Shown: in pieces, positions 20,683 through 28,563 of the stretch
How the letters are laid out: each line of letters begins with the position of its first letter
How positions within the stretch are numbered: the stretch's first letter is position 1
Assembly: GCA_051002715.1 (NCBI GenBank)
Contig: JBPCMA010000058.1
Location: forward strand, 1-59,564
DNA from: Caulobacteraceae bacterium
GTDB taxonomy: Bacteria; Pseudomonadota; Alphaproteobacteria; Caulobacterales; Caulobacteraceae
DNA: 59,564 bases
Reading direction: 5' to 3'
Notes under the pieces: model-generated
Database searches by the model: none
What the model saw: only the letters and a program-made list of their open reading frames with translations
What the model was told of the DNA's origin: nothing
Program-made: the position numbers and the translations under genes

Positions 20683-21220
20683 CGCTCAGAACGCGCCGTG
20701 GGCCGACGACCAGAAGGATTTCGTCGCCGCCCGGCGGCGCGAGGGCCGCTCGGCCAGCGAGATCGCCGCCCTGGTCAAGACGGAGTGCGGGCGGGTGTGC
20801 TCGCGCAATGCCGTGATCGCCATCATCAACCGGATGAACCTGTCGTGCGAGCGGCGCGTCCCCTATCCGCCGACCGCGCCCCGCCGCGAGCCCAAGCCCC
20901 GATCCACGCCAAAGGAGAGGCCGGCCAGGGCCGCCAAGCCGGCCGCGACGCCGAGGCCGGCCGCGCCGCCCCCGGCCAGGCCGCCCCCCGCGCCGCTGAT
21001 CGCCGGCCCGACCGCGCGCGGCCTGCTCGATCTGCGCGCCCATAACTGCAAGTTCACGGTGGGCGAGGCCACCGGGTGGGACCAGCTCTTCTGCGGCGCG
21101 CCGGCGGCGCAGGGCGACGTCTACTGCCCCGGCCACCGGGCCTTCGCCGGCGGGGCGCGGATCGAGCCGAAGCGGGCCGACCGCGAGGCCCGGCTCCATC
21201 GCCGGCATGCCTGGCTATGA
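20672..21220 (+). CDS. gcrA: GcrA-family cell-cycle regulator
   Basis: W...EGRSASEIA...SRNAVI; Pro-rich linker; LLDL...CKFTVG...FCG...YCPGH. Confidence 0.88.
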   Translation: MFGDAQNAPWADDQKDFVAARRREGRSASEIAALVKTECGRVCSRNAVIAIINRMNLSCERRVPYPPTAPRREPKPRSTPKERPARAAKPAATPRPAAPPPARPPPAPLIAGPTARGLLDLRAHNCKFTVGEATGWDQLFCGAPAAQGDVYCPGHRAFAGGARIEPKRADREARLHRRHAWL

Positions 21221-21621
21221 AATTGGCCCTCGCCCTGATCGCCCGCGAGGCGGCGGCCCAGGAGGGCTGTGAGCCGGCCGACCTGATTGTCCATGCCCGG
21301 AGCCGCGAGCTGACGGCGGCCCGCCAGCGCGCCTGGTGGGCCTGCCGCGAGCTGCGGCCCGACCAGTCGCTGCCCCAGCTCGGCCGCTTCTTCCACCGCG
21401 ACCACACGACAATCCTGCACGGCCTTCGAGCCTGCCGCGCGCGCCGCGCCCGCGATCCCGTCGAGCGGGCTGACGGCGATCGGTTGCTGAGAGCGTTCCG
21501 GCCCCAGGCCGAGCCGCCCCTCGTCGAATTCGCCGGCGGCGCCGTCGGCGCCCAGATCGCGTCGCTGTTCGACCGGGCGCACGCTCTGCGCGGCCTGTTC
21601 GGGGAGGCCGGCCGTGGGTAG
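21217..21621 (+). CDS. DnaA C-terminal (domain IV) HTH protein
   Basis: RSRELTAARQ...SLPQLGRFFHRDHTTILHG. Confidence 0.88.
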   Translation: MKLALALIAREAAAQEGCEPADLIVHARSRELTAARQRAWWACRELRPDQSLPQLGRFFHRDHTTILHGLRACRARRARDPVERADGDRLLRAFRPQAEPPLVEFAGGAVGAQIASLFDRAHALRGLFGEAGRG

Positions 21622-21832
21622 ACGCCGGCGCCGCCCGCTCATCCCCACGGTGTGGATGGACTGGGACGACTCCATCGCCGACCTCTTCGCGCCCAACGCC
21701 CTGGTGCGCGACCTGCGCCCACCATCGCGGGTGAGACTCTATCCCGGCCGCGACCACACCACCCTCGTCGCCCGCTTCGCCGGCGAGAACGGCGCGAGAG
21801 CGGTCATCACCATGCGCCTGGGCAAAATATGA
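21614..21832 (+). CDS. Hypothetical protein
   Basis: GGAGG RBS; overlaps neighbouring genes. Confidence 0.5.
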   Translation: MGRRRRRPLIPTVWMDWDDSIADLFAPNALVRDLRPPSRVRLYPGRDHTTLVARFAGENGARAVITMRLGKI

Positions 21833-21984
21833 ATCCCCCCCCCCGGGAACAAAAGCAGCTCCGCGCCTGGCTCGAATACGTGGCCCAGAGCGCCATCGAC
21901 ATGCTCGACGCCTTGGACGCGGCCGATGAGGGCCTGGAGGACGACGAGCGCGAGGAAGGCGCCGAAGGGCGGTGGGTAGCATGA
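21829..21984 (+). CDS. Small acidic hypothetical protein
   Basis: IDMLDALDAADEGLEDDEREE; ATGA coupling. Confidence 0.55.
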   Translation: MNPPPREQKQLRAWLEYVAQSAIDMLDALDAADEGLEDDEREEGAEGRWVA

Positions 21985-22211
21985 CCCTCGCCGTCCCATT
22001 CGACGACCGGCTCGACGACATCCTGCCGATGTCCGGCGAGGCGCCGATCCCTCCGGCGCGCCCGCTGACCGCCGGCGAGCGCGCCTGCCCCTGCGGCGCG
22101 GCGGCCTCGTTCTTCTTCGTTTGGCCGGGTCCGCAGGTGGATTGGCGGCCCGACGAGGCCTGGTGCCCGCGCTGCGCGCCACCTGACTTCACCCCCGGAC
22201 GGAGAGCCTGA
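21981..22211 (+). CDS. Hypothetical Cys-rich protein
   Basis: CPC and CPRC; coupled starts and stops. Confidence 0.55.
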   Translation: MTLAVPFDDRLDDILPMSGEAPIPPARPLTAGERACPCGAAASFFFVWPGPQVDWRPDEAWCPRCAPPDFTPGRRA

Positions 22212-22621
22212 TGGTCGCCTATTCGTTCAAGGGCGCGTTCATATCGCCGATCCTGGCGGGAACGAAACGCCAGACCATCCGGTTGCCGAGGAAGCGCCAC
22301 GCCAGGCCCGGCGAGGAGGTGCAGCTCTATTTCGGCATGCGCACGCGGTCATGCGCCCTGATTGGGCGGGCGACCTGCCAGCGCGTCTCCGGGGTTCGGA
22401 TAGACCTGGCGGAGCAGAGCGTGGTTCTCGACGACGCCATCGCGATCGTGGGGGGTGCGCTGAACGATTTCGCGCGGAGCGACGGCTTCGAGGGCCACCC
22501 GCCGGCCGGTCTGACGCCTTGGGGGCACATGCATCGGTGGTGGCGGCTGATCCACCAGGGTGACATCTTCGTCGGGACTTTGATTGAGTGGGATCAGCTT
22601 CGCCCGTCGAGGGCGCCATGA
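22211..22621 (+). CDS. ASCH/PUA-like domain protein
   Basis: MVAYSF...ILAGTKRQTIR...QLYFGMRT...FARSDGF. Confidence 0.8.
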   Translation: MVAYSFKGAFISPILAGTKRQTIRLPRKRHARPGEEVQLYFGMRTRSCALIGRATCQRVSGVRIDLAEQSVVLDDAIAIVGGALNDFARSDGFEGHPPAGLTPWGHMHRWWRLIHQGDIFVGTLIEWDQLRPSRAP

Positions 22622-22845
22622 CTCCGCTTACCGGCGCTCAGGCGATCTACCTGAAAGACGTCTGCGATCATGGCCCGCTCGCCCCATGCGGCGACGGCTG
22701 GGCGGCGGTCCACGGCGCGCGGATTTACAAGGCGACCGGCATCGCCCTGCGGCGCCGGGGCCCGGTCGATTTCGACATCTACGACAAGGCCTCGCCTCTC
22801 GCCGCCACGCTGCACGGGCGGATAGTGCGGAAGTCGCTTCCGTGA
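22618..22845 (+). CDS. Hypothetical protein
   Basis: ATGA coupling. Confidence 0.45.
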   Translation: MTPLTGAQAIYLKDVCDHGPLAPCGDGWAAVHGARIYKATGIALRRRGPVDFDIYDKASPLAATLHGRIVRKSLP

Positions 22846-23096
22846 TCGCGCCACGCGCCATGGCGCCAGAGCGGTCGAGGTTTGAGTTCGTCGCGAGCCA
22901 CCGCTTGGCCGGCGGCGGCTGGAGCGAAACCTACAAGAGCCGAGTCTGGCCGGAGCTGTGCGTGATCGTTCAGCGGCGATTGCCGTGGACGCAGGTCGAG
23001 CGTGTGGTTTTCGTCAACGGAACCGAGGTCCGGTGGGGCGACTGGAATACGGTCGCGGTGTTGCTCAAAGCCTCCAGGCGCAGGCGCGCCGCATGA
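22842..23096 (+). CDS. Hypothetical protein
   Basis: GTGA and ATGA coupling. Confidence 0.5.
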   Translation: MIAPRAMAPERSRFEFVASHRLAGGGWSETYKSRVWPELCVIVQRRLPWTQVERVVFVNGTEVRWGDWNTVAVLLKASRRRRAA

Positions 23097-23575
23097 TCGC
23101 CCCGCGCGCCATGGTGGCCAAGGTGAAGATCGCCCAGAAAGCGCTGGCGATCGACGACGGCGCCTATCGAGCGATGCTGGCCCGGCTCACCGGCCAGACC
23201 AGCGCCGCCCACTGTTCGGCCCCCCAGCTCGCTGTGGTCCTCGACGAACTCAAGGCCAAGGGCTGGTCGCCGAAGTCCCCAAGCGGACCGGCGCGCCGTC
23301 CGCGCCTGGTCGATCCGCCCGCCATCCGCAAGGCGCGGGCTCTGTGGATCTCGCTCGCCCAGATCGGGGCGGTGCGCGACCGCTCGGACGCGGCGCTGGA
23401 CTCCTTCGCCCGGCGCCAGATCGGCAGTGCTCTGCGCGAGGCCGACCAGGCCCGGCTCTACAAGCTCATCGAGGCCTTGAAAGCGATGGCCGAGCGCGCC
23501 GGTTGGTCGCAGGAGGGCGACCTCCACGTGGTCACCGATCGCCTCGCCGCCCTCATCGAGGCCCGGCGGCCCTAA
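23093..23575 (+). CDS. gemA: GemA/gp16 family protein (DUF1018)
   Basis: AKVKIAQKALAIDDGAYRAML...TGQTS...RALW...IEALKAM. Confidence 0.88.
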   Translation: MIAPRAMVAKVKIAQKALAIDDGAYRAMLARLTGQTSAAHCSAPQLAVVLDELKAKGWSPKSPSGPARRPRLVDPPAIRKARALWISLAQIGAVRDRSDAALDSFARRQIGSALREADQARLYKLIEALKAMAERAGWSQEGDLHVVTDRLAALIEARRP

Positions 23576-23577
23576 AA

Positions 23578-23811
23578 ATGATGGCCGCCCGCGCCGCCTC
23601 TTCCGTCGATCTCTTCGTCTGGCGCGAAGTGGCGGACGCGCGCGCCGCGGCCGAGGCGGCGCAGGGGCGGCGGGAAAGGGCGGCCGAGCGCTATCGCTAT
23701 GCGCCTCGCGGTGAAATCCTCAACCGCCTGAGGGCCTTCCAGGAGGCCACCGAGGAGGCTCTGAGAGCCGGCCTGGCGCTAGCCGAGGCGGCCCGGAAGT
23801 CGCTCCATTGA
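23578..23811 (+). CDS. Hypothetical protein
   Basis: Lies between gemA and mor; DLFVW motif. Confidence 0.55.
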   Translation: MMAARAASSVDLFVWREVADARAAAEAAQGRRERAAERYRYAPRGEILNRLRAFQEATEEALRAGLALAEAARKSLH

Positions 23812-24188
23812 CCGTGGCCGAACAATTCGAGGGCCTGGAGGCCACCGCCGCCAATTTGAAGCGCATCCTGGGCGACGACGGGGCGCGGGCGCTGGCGGCG
23901 GCGTTCGGCGGCCACCGCCTCTATATCCCGAGGAGCCCCGGCGCCCATCACCCGATCACCGTGGCCCTGGGCCAGGCCCGCGCCGATCGCCTGGCCGGGG
24001 CGTTCCACGGGGTGGGGATTGACGTGCCGATGCTCCCCGCCGCCCGGGCGGAGATCCGCCGCCTGGCCGCCTCCGGGGCCACTCGCGCCGCCATCGCCCG
24101 CCAGCTCAAGGTCACCGAGCGGTGGGTTTACAAGACCCTCGCCGAGCCCGAAAGTCCGCCCTCGCGGCAGGTCTCGCTCTTCGGCTGA
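23808..24188 (+). CDS. Mor/C-family late transcription activator
   Basis: FGGHRLYIP motif, C-terminal HTH; precedes the lysis genes. Confidence 0.85.
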   Translation: MTVAEQFEGLEATAANLKRILGDDGARALAAAFGGHRLYIPRSPGAHHPITVALGQARADRLAGAFHGVGIDVPMLPAARAEIRRLAASGATRAAIARQLKVTERWVYKTLAEPESPPSRQVSLFG

Positions 24189-24192
24189 CCGC

Positions 24193-24216
24193 TTCAGCCT
24201 GAATTAGTTCAGGGTG
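24193..24216 (+). promoter_or_regulatory. Late-promoter activator site (lysis operon)
   Basis: TTCAGCCTGAATTAGTTCAGGGTG, dyad; 23/24 identical to 35568-35591. Confidence 0.8.
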
Positions 24217-24249
24217 AAACCGCCGCGCGGGTGGCCCTAGCGTCCGGTC

Positions 24250-24852
24250 ATGGCCTCCGCCAAACCAACTCCAACGGCGCCGCCTCGTTTCGAGGCGGTT
24301 TTCGCACGTCTGATGGAGACCGAGGGCGGGTTCTCCGACAGCCCGGCCGATCACGGCGGAGCGACCAAATATGGCATCTCGCTGCGCTACCTGGCCCAGC
24401 AGCGCAAGCTCTCGCCGGGCCCCATCGATCGGTTCGATATCAACCACGACGGCGTGATCGATGCGCCCGACATCGCCGACCTGACGCTCGCCCAGGCCCA
24501 CGCCATCTACCACGACTATTTCTGGCCGCCGGCCTCTCAGCTGCCAGAGCCGCTCGACGCGGCGGTGTTCGACCAGATCGTCAACGACGGGCTCTCGGCC
24601 GGCGCCAAGCTCCTGCAGGTGAGCCTCAACACCCTGCGCCGGGCCGACAATCTGCGGGTGGACGGAGATCTCGGGCCCCGCACCCGCGCCGCCCTGACCG
24701 CGACGGTGGCCGCCGTGGGGGTCCGCCGCGTGCTCGGGGAATTCCAGGTCCAGGCCATCGCGCGCTACCGCGCCATCGCCGCCTATGACCCGTCGCAACG
24801 GGGCAACCTCAACGGATGGCTCAATCGAGCCGCGGAGCTAGGCAATGTCTGA
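24250..24852 (+). CDS. Endolysin, glycoside hydrolase family 108
   Basis: EGGFSDSPADHGGATKYGIS, VDGDLGPRT, GWLNR. Confidence 0.92.
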   Translation: MASAKPTPTAPPRFEAVFARLMETEGGFSDSPADHGGATKYGISLRYLAQQRKLSPGPIDRFDINHDGVIDAPDIADLTLAQAHAIYHDYFWPPASQLPEPLDAAVFDQIVNDGLSAGAKLLQVSLNTLRRADNLRVDGDLGPRTRAALTATVAAVGVRRVLGEFQVQAIARYRAIAAYDPSQRGNLNGWLNRAAELGNV

Positions 24853-25126
24853 CACCGGACCCACCACTGCCGCACCGGCCTCCTCGCCCCTCGACGCCCG
24901 CGGCCTGGCCGCCGCCGTGTTCGTCGAGTGCAAGCCTCTGCTCAAGTCCCGCACCCTGTGGAGCCTGGTCGTGGTCTGCGCCTCGATGTTGGCCGCCCAA
25001 CTCGGACACAAGATCGCGGACGCCCAGCAACAGCAGATCATCGATCTCGTCACCTCGGTCGTGAACGGCGGAGGCCTGACCGCCGCCGCTCTGTTCCGCG
25101 TCGTGGCCACCACGACCCTCAGCTAG
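24845..25126 (+). CDS. Putative holin
   Basis: KPLLKSRTLW followed by two hydrophobic segments; follows the endolysin. Confidence 0.65.
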   Translation: MSDTGPTTAAPASSPLDARGLAAAVFVECKPLLKSRTLWSLVVVCASMLAAQLGHKIADAQQQQIIDLVTSVVNGGGLTAAALFRVVATTTLS

Positions 25127-25153
25127 CCCACCTAGACCAAAGGAAACGCCCTC

Positions 25154-25510
25154 GTGAAACTCGCCATCCTCGCCGCCGCCTTCGTCGCCTGCGCCGCCAT
25201 CGCCGGCTGCGCCAACTTCTCCACCGCTCCCCTCGTCCCCGCCTCCGACCAGGTGGCGGTCGCCCAGGGCGAAGGCGCCCTGGAGACCACCTACAACATC
25301 GGGGCTCAGGCCTATCTGGCCGCCCTGCCGCACCTGTCGGCGGCGACCAAGGCCAAGACCAAGCCGGAGATGATCCGCGCCTACCAGGCGCTGACCGCCG
25401 CCCGCGCCGCCGAGGCCCTGGGCGACGCCGCCACCGCCGCCGCCCAGGCCCAGGCGCTCGGCGACCTGATCGCAGAGGTCAAGGCCGACCTCACCAACCC
25501 GCCCTCTTAA
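25154..25510 (+). CDS. Lipoprotein in the lysis cassette
   Basis: Signal peptide with IAGC lipobox. Confidence 0.75.
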   Translation: MKLAILAAAFVACAAIAGCANFSTAPLVPASDQVAVAQGEGALETTYNIGAQAYLAALPHLSAATKAKTKPEMIRAYQALTAARAAEALGDAATAAAQAQALGDLIAEVKADLTNPPS

Positions 25511-25524
25511 GGACCCACGCTCCC

Positions 25525-25797
25525 ATGCCCATCGATTTCGCCACTATCGAATCGGCCCTCGCGCAGGGCCTGTCCTTCATCGAGCGCCTCGTGCCGCTCG
25601 CTGCCCTGGGCGGCCCGGTCGCCGCCGGCATCGGCGCGGCGGTCGGCGAGATCGCCGCCCTGGGCGACCAGGTGCTAGTCGCCGTCGAGGGCGAGCAGGC
25701 CATCCTCTCCGCCCCGGACCTCGCCTCCGTGCAAGGCCTGGTCGCCAAGCTGCGCGCCGCGAACGACGCCCTGGCCGCCCAGATCGCGGCGAGCTAG
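25525..25797 (+). CDS. Hydrophobic helical hypothetical protein
   Basis: AAGGA RBS; MPIDFATIES. Confidence 0.7.
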   Translation: MPIDFATIESALAQGLSFIERLVPLAALGGPVAAGIGAAVGEIAALGDQVLVAVEGEQAILSAPDLASVQGLVAKLRAANDALAAQIAAS

Positions 25798-25823
25798 CCG
25801 CCCTCAAGGGGGGCGGCGCCCTG

Positions 25824-26210
25824 ATGCTCGTCTCTCCGGAGCTGGGGCTCTTCGGCGCCGCCTGCGCTGCCGTGTCGGCGGCGTGCGCTGCCTATTGCGC
25901 CATGCGCGACGGCCGCTGGCGCAAGACCGGCCTGGCCCGCCAGCTGGAGGCGCGGATCGAGGCGGCCCAGCGGACCGCCGACGACTGGCCCGACACCCCG
26001 TTGGCCCGGAAAATCATGAAGGAACAGGACCGCTGCGCCCAGCTGCTCAACTCCCACGACCAGTGTCTGCTGGCGGTCGCCACCAGGACCGACCTGGCGC
26101 GCATCGAGGGCCAGACCGAACAGGTGCGGCAGCTGGCCAAAGCGGCCCGCGACGGGGTCGACCGCATCGAGGGCCTGCTGCTGCGCCGCGCCCTGTGGAA
26201 TGAGGGCTGA
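25824..26210 (+). CDS. Mu gp25/DUF2730-like membrane protein
   Basis: N-terminal TM helix plus coiled coil; position. Confidence 0.6.
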   Translation: MLVSPELGLFGAACAAVSAACAAYCAMRDGRWRKTGLARQLEARIEAAQRTADDWPDTPLARKIMKEQDRCAQLLNSHDQCLLAVATRTDLARIEGQTEQVRQLAKAARDGVDRIEGLLLRRALWNEG

Positions 26211-26500
26211 TGGCCGACATCGCCACCGAACACCGACGCCTGACCATCCTGCGCCTGCTGGCCGGAGCTGGCGGCTACACGGCCAATTCGGCCATCGTCC
26301 ACTCGGCGCTGCACGAGTTCGGCTTCGCCGCCTCCCGCGACCTGGTGCGCACCGATCTGGCCTGGCTGGCCGAGCAGGAATGCATCCGCAACGCCGATGC
26401 CGGCGGCCTAGCGGTGGCGACCCTCACCGATCGCGGGCTCGACGTGGCGCGTGGCCATGCCATTGTGCCGGGGATTCAGCGCCCCTCGCCCGGGAGCTGA
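26210..26500 (+). CDS. Mu gp26-like winged-helix protein
   Basis: RRLTILRLL...DLAWLAEQ...LTDRGLDVARG...PGIQRPSP. Confidence 0.85.
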   Translation: MADIATEHRRLTILRLLAGAGGYTANSAIVHSALHEFGFAASRDLVRTDLAWLAEQECIRNADAGGLAVATLTDRGLDVARGHAIVPGIQRPSPGS

Positions 26501-26506
26501 CGGCTG

Positions 26507-27049
26507 ATGGCCGGCCGGTCCAAGGTTTACGACCTCTCGCCGGAGCTGCGCGCGGAGATCGACCGCCTGCTGCGCGGCCGGGTGACGCTCGACGCCATCG
26601 TCGCCCACCTGCGGACCTTGACCGGCGAGGCGGACACCCTGCCGTCGCGCTCGGCGATCGGGCGCTATTCGGTGCAATTCGACAAGATCGCCGCCCGTGT
26701 GCGCCGCAGCCAGGACATCACCGATCGCCTGGTCGCCGAGGTCGGCCCCCAGGTGGCCGACGGCAAGGGCCTGCAGGTGCTGGCCCAGGGATTTCAGAGC
26801 CTGGCCTTCGACCTGCTGGCCGGCATGGAGGAGGGCGCCACGCTAGACCCGGAAAACCTGATGTTCTTCGCTCGATCGATCGGCGAGATCAGCCGGGCTT
26901 TGAAGACCGACGCCGACCGCTCCCTTTCGATCAAGAAGGCGGCGCTGAAAGAGGCGGCGGCGGCGGTGAAAGAGTCCGTCGGCGGCGAGGGCGGGCTCTC
27001 GGCCGAAACCGCCGACTTCGTCATGAAGAAGATCCTGGGGGTGGCGTGA
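26507..27049 (+). CDS. Terminase small subunit (DUF3486/gp27)
   Basis: GRSKVYDLSPE...SRSAIGRY; precedes the large terminase. Confidence 0.88.
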   Translation: MAGRSKVYDLSPELRAEIDRLLRGRVTLDAIVAHLRTLTGEADTLPSRSAIGRYSVQFDKIAARVRRSQDITDRLVAEVGPQVADGKGLQVLAQGFQSLAFDLLAGMEEGATLDPENLMFFARSIGEISRALKTDADRSLSIKKAALKEAAAAVKESVGGEGGLSAETADFVMKKILGVA

Positions 27050-28563
27050 TCGAAGGCCCCTTCCCCAAGACGGAGGCTCACCTCCCCGGCGCCCTGCGCG
27101 GGCGGCCGATGGACGGCGTCCTGCTGGGTTATCAGCGAGAGGCGGTGGCGCTGTGCCTGGCCTCCGGGTTCGTGGTCATCGAGAAGAGCCGGCGGATCGG
27201 CCTCACCTGGGGCCTGGCCGCCCTGGCGGTGCTGTGCGCCGCCACCCGCCGCTCGGCGCGGGGCAAGAACAGTTTCTACATCGGCTACAACCTCGACATG
27301 GCGCGCGAGTTCGTCGCCATCTGCGCCATGTGGGCCGAGGCTTTCGGCCACGTCGGCGCGGAGGTCGGCGAGGAGCTGTTCGAGGACGCGGCCGGCAAGC
27401 ACGTCGCCGCCTTCCGCATCACCTTCGCCTCCGGCTTCAAGATCGTCGCCCTGCCGAGCCGGCCCCGCTCCCTGCGCGGCATACAAGGCCAGGTGATTCT
27501 CGACGAGGCGGCCTTTCACGACGAATTGGAGGAGATGCTCAAGGCGGCGATGGCGATGCTGATCTGGGGCGGCAACGTGATCGTGGTCTCCACCCACGAC
27601 GGGGTCAGCAACGCATTCAATCAGCTGCTCGACCGCATCCGGGCCGGCGAGCAGAAGGGCGCGCCCCTGACCATCACCTTCGCCGACGCGCAAGGAGACG
27701 GCCTCTACGAGCGCACCTGCCTGGTCAAGGGCGAGACGCCGAGCGCCGCCGGCGCCGTCGAGTGGGAAGCGGATATCAGGGGCTATTACGGCGAGAACGC
27801 CGAGGAGGAACTGGACTGCGTCCCCCGCGCCGGCGCCGGCTCGCTGATCAAGCCCGAGGACCTGGCGGCCTGCGAGCACGCCGACGCCGGCGATCCCGAG
27901 CGCTACGGCGGCGGCCTGATGTATGTCGGCCGCGACGTGGCCCGGCGAGTGGACGGGGCGATCGTCTGGGGTTTCGAGCTGGTCGGCGACGTCCTGTGGC
28001 TGCGCGACCGCTACGAAGAGCATGGGGCGACCTTCAAGCACCAGGACGATTACATGGACGGGCTCTTCGCCAGCCGCCGGATCGCCTCTTGCTGGATCGA
28101 CCAGACCGGCATGGGGGAGAAGGTGGTGGAGGACGCACAGGGCCGCCATGGCTCCTACCGGGTGGTCGGGGTGCTGCTGACCGCCCCCAACCGGCTCGAT
28201 CTCGCCACCTCGCTGGTCCAGCGATTCGAGCGCGGCCTGATCCGCGTCCCGCCCGACCCGATCATCCGCGCCGACCTGCGCGCGGTAAAGAAGGCCGCCG
28301 GCGCCCAGGGCCAGGTGCGGCTGGTCAATGACGACAAGGTACACGCCGACCGCTTCTGGGCCGCCGGCCTCGCCTGCCGCGCCGCCGACACGCCGGGCAC
28401 GGAATTCGACTATCTGCCCGTCCCGCGCCGCACCGGCCTGGACGGCCCCTACCGGCATGACGATAACGACGGCCACCCGTCCTACCGCGACCGCTACCGC
28501 TACGACGGGGCAAGGTCGGGCGGCGGCTCGGGCCGGGCGTCCTTCGGGCGCGGGGCGTGGTGA
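27046..28563 (+). CDS. Terminase large subunit (Mu gp28)
   Basis: EKSRRIGLTW, ILDEAAFH, IDQTGMG, HADRFWA. Confidence 0.95.
   Translation: MIEGPFPKTEAHLPGALRGRPMDGVLLGYQREAVALCLASGFVVIEKSRRIGLTWGLAALAVLCAATRRSARGKNSFYIGYNLDMAREFVAICAMWAEAFGHVGAEVGEELFEDAAGKHVAAFRITFASGFKIVALPSRPRSLRGIQGQVILDEAAFHDELEEMLKAAMAMLIWGGNVIVVSTHDGVSNAFNQLLDRIRAGEQKGAPLTITFADAQGDGLYERTCLVKGETPSAAGAVEWEADIRGYYGENAEEELDCVPRAGAGSLIKPEDLAACEHADAGDPERYGGGLMYVGRDVARRVDGAIVWGFELVGDVLWLRDRYEEHGATFKHQDDYMDGLFASRRIASCWIDQTGMGEKVVEDAQGRHGSYRVVGVLLTAPNRLDLATSLVQRFERGLIRVPPDPIIRADLRAVKKAAGAQGQVRLVNDDKVHADRFWAAGLACRAADTPGTEFDYLPVPRRTGLDGPYRHDDNDGHPSYRDRYRYDGARSGGGSGRASFGRGAW

Noticed and set aside
21614-21832. Second DnaA domain IV, suggested by GRDHTT
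   Set aside because: Flanking helices do not fit the domain; probably coincidental
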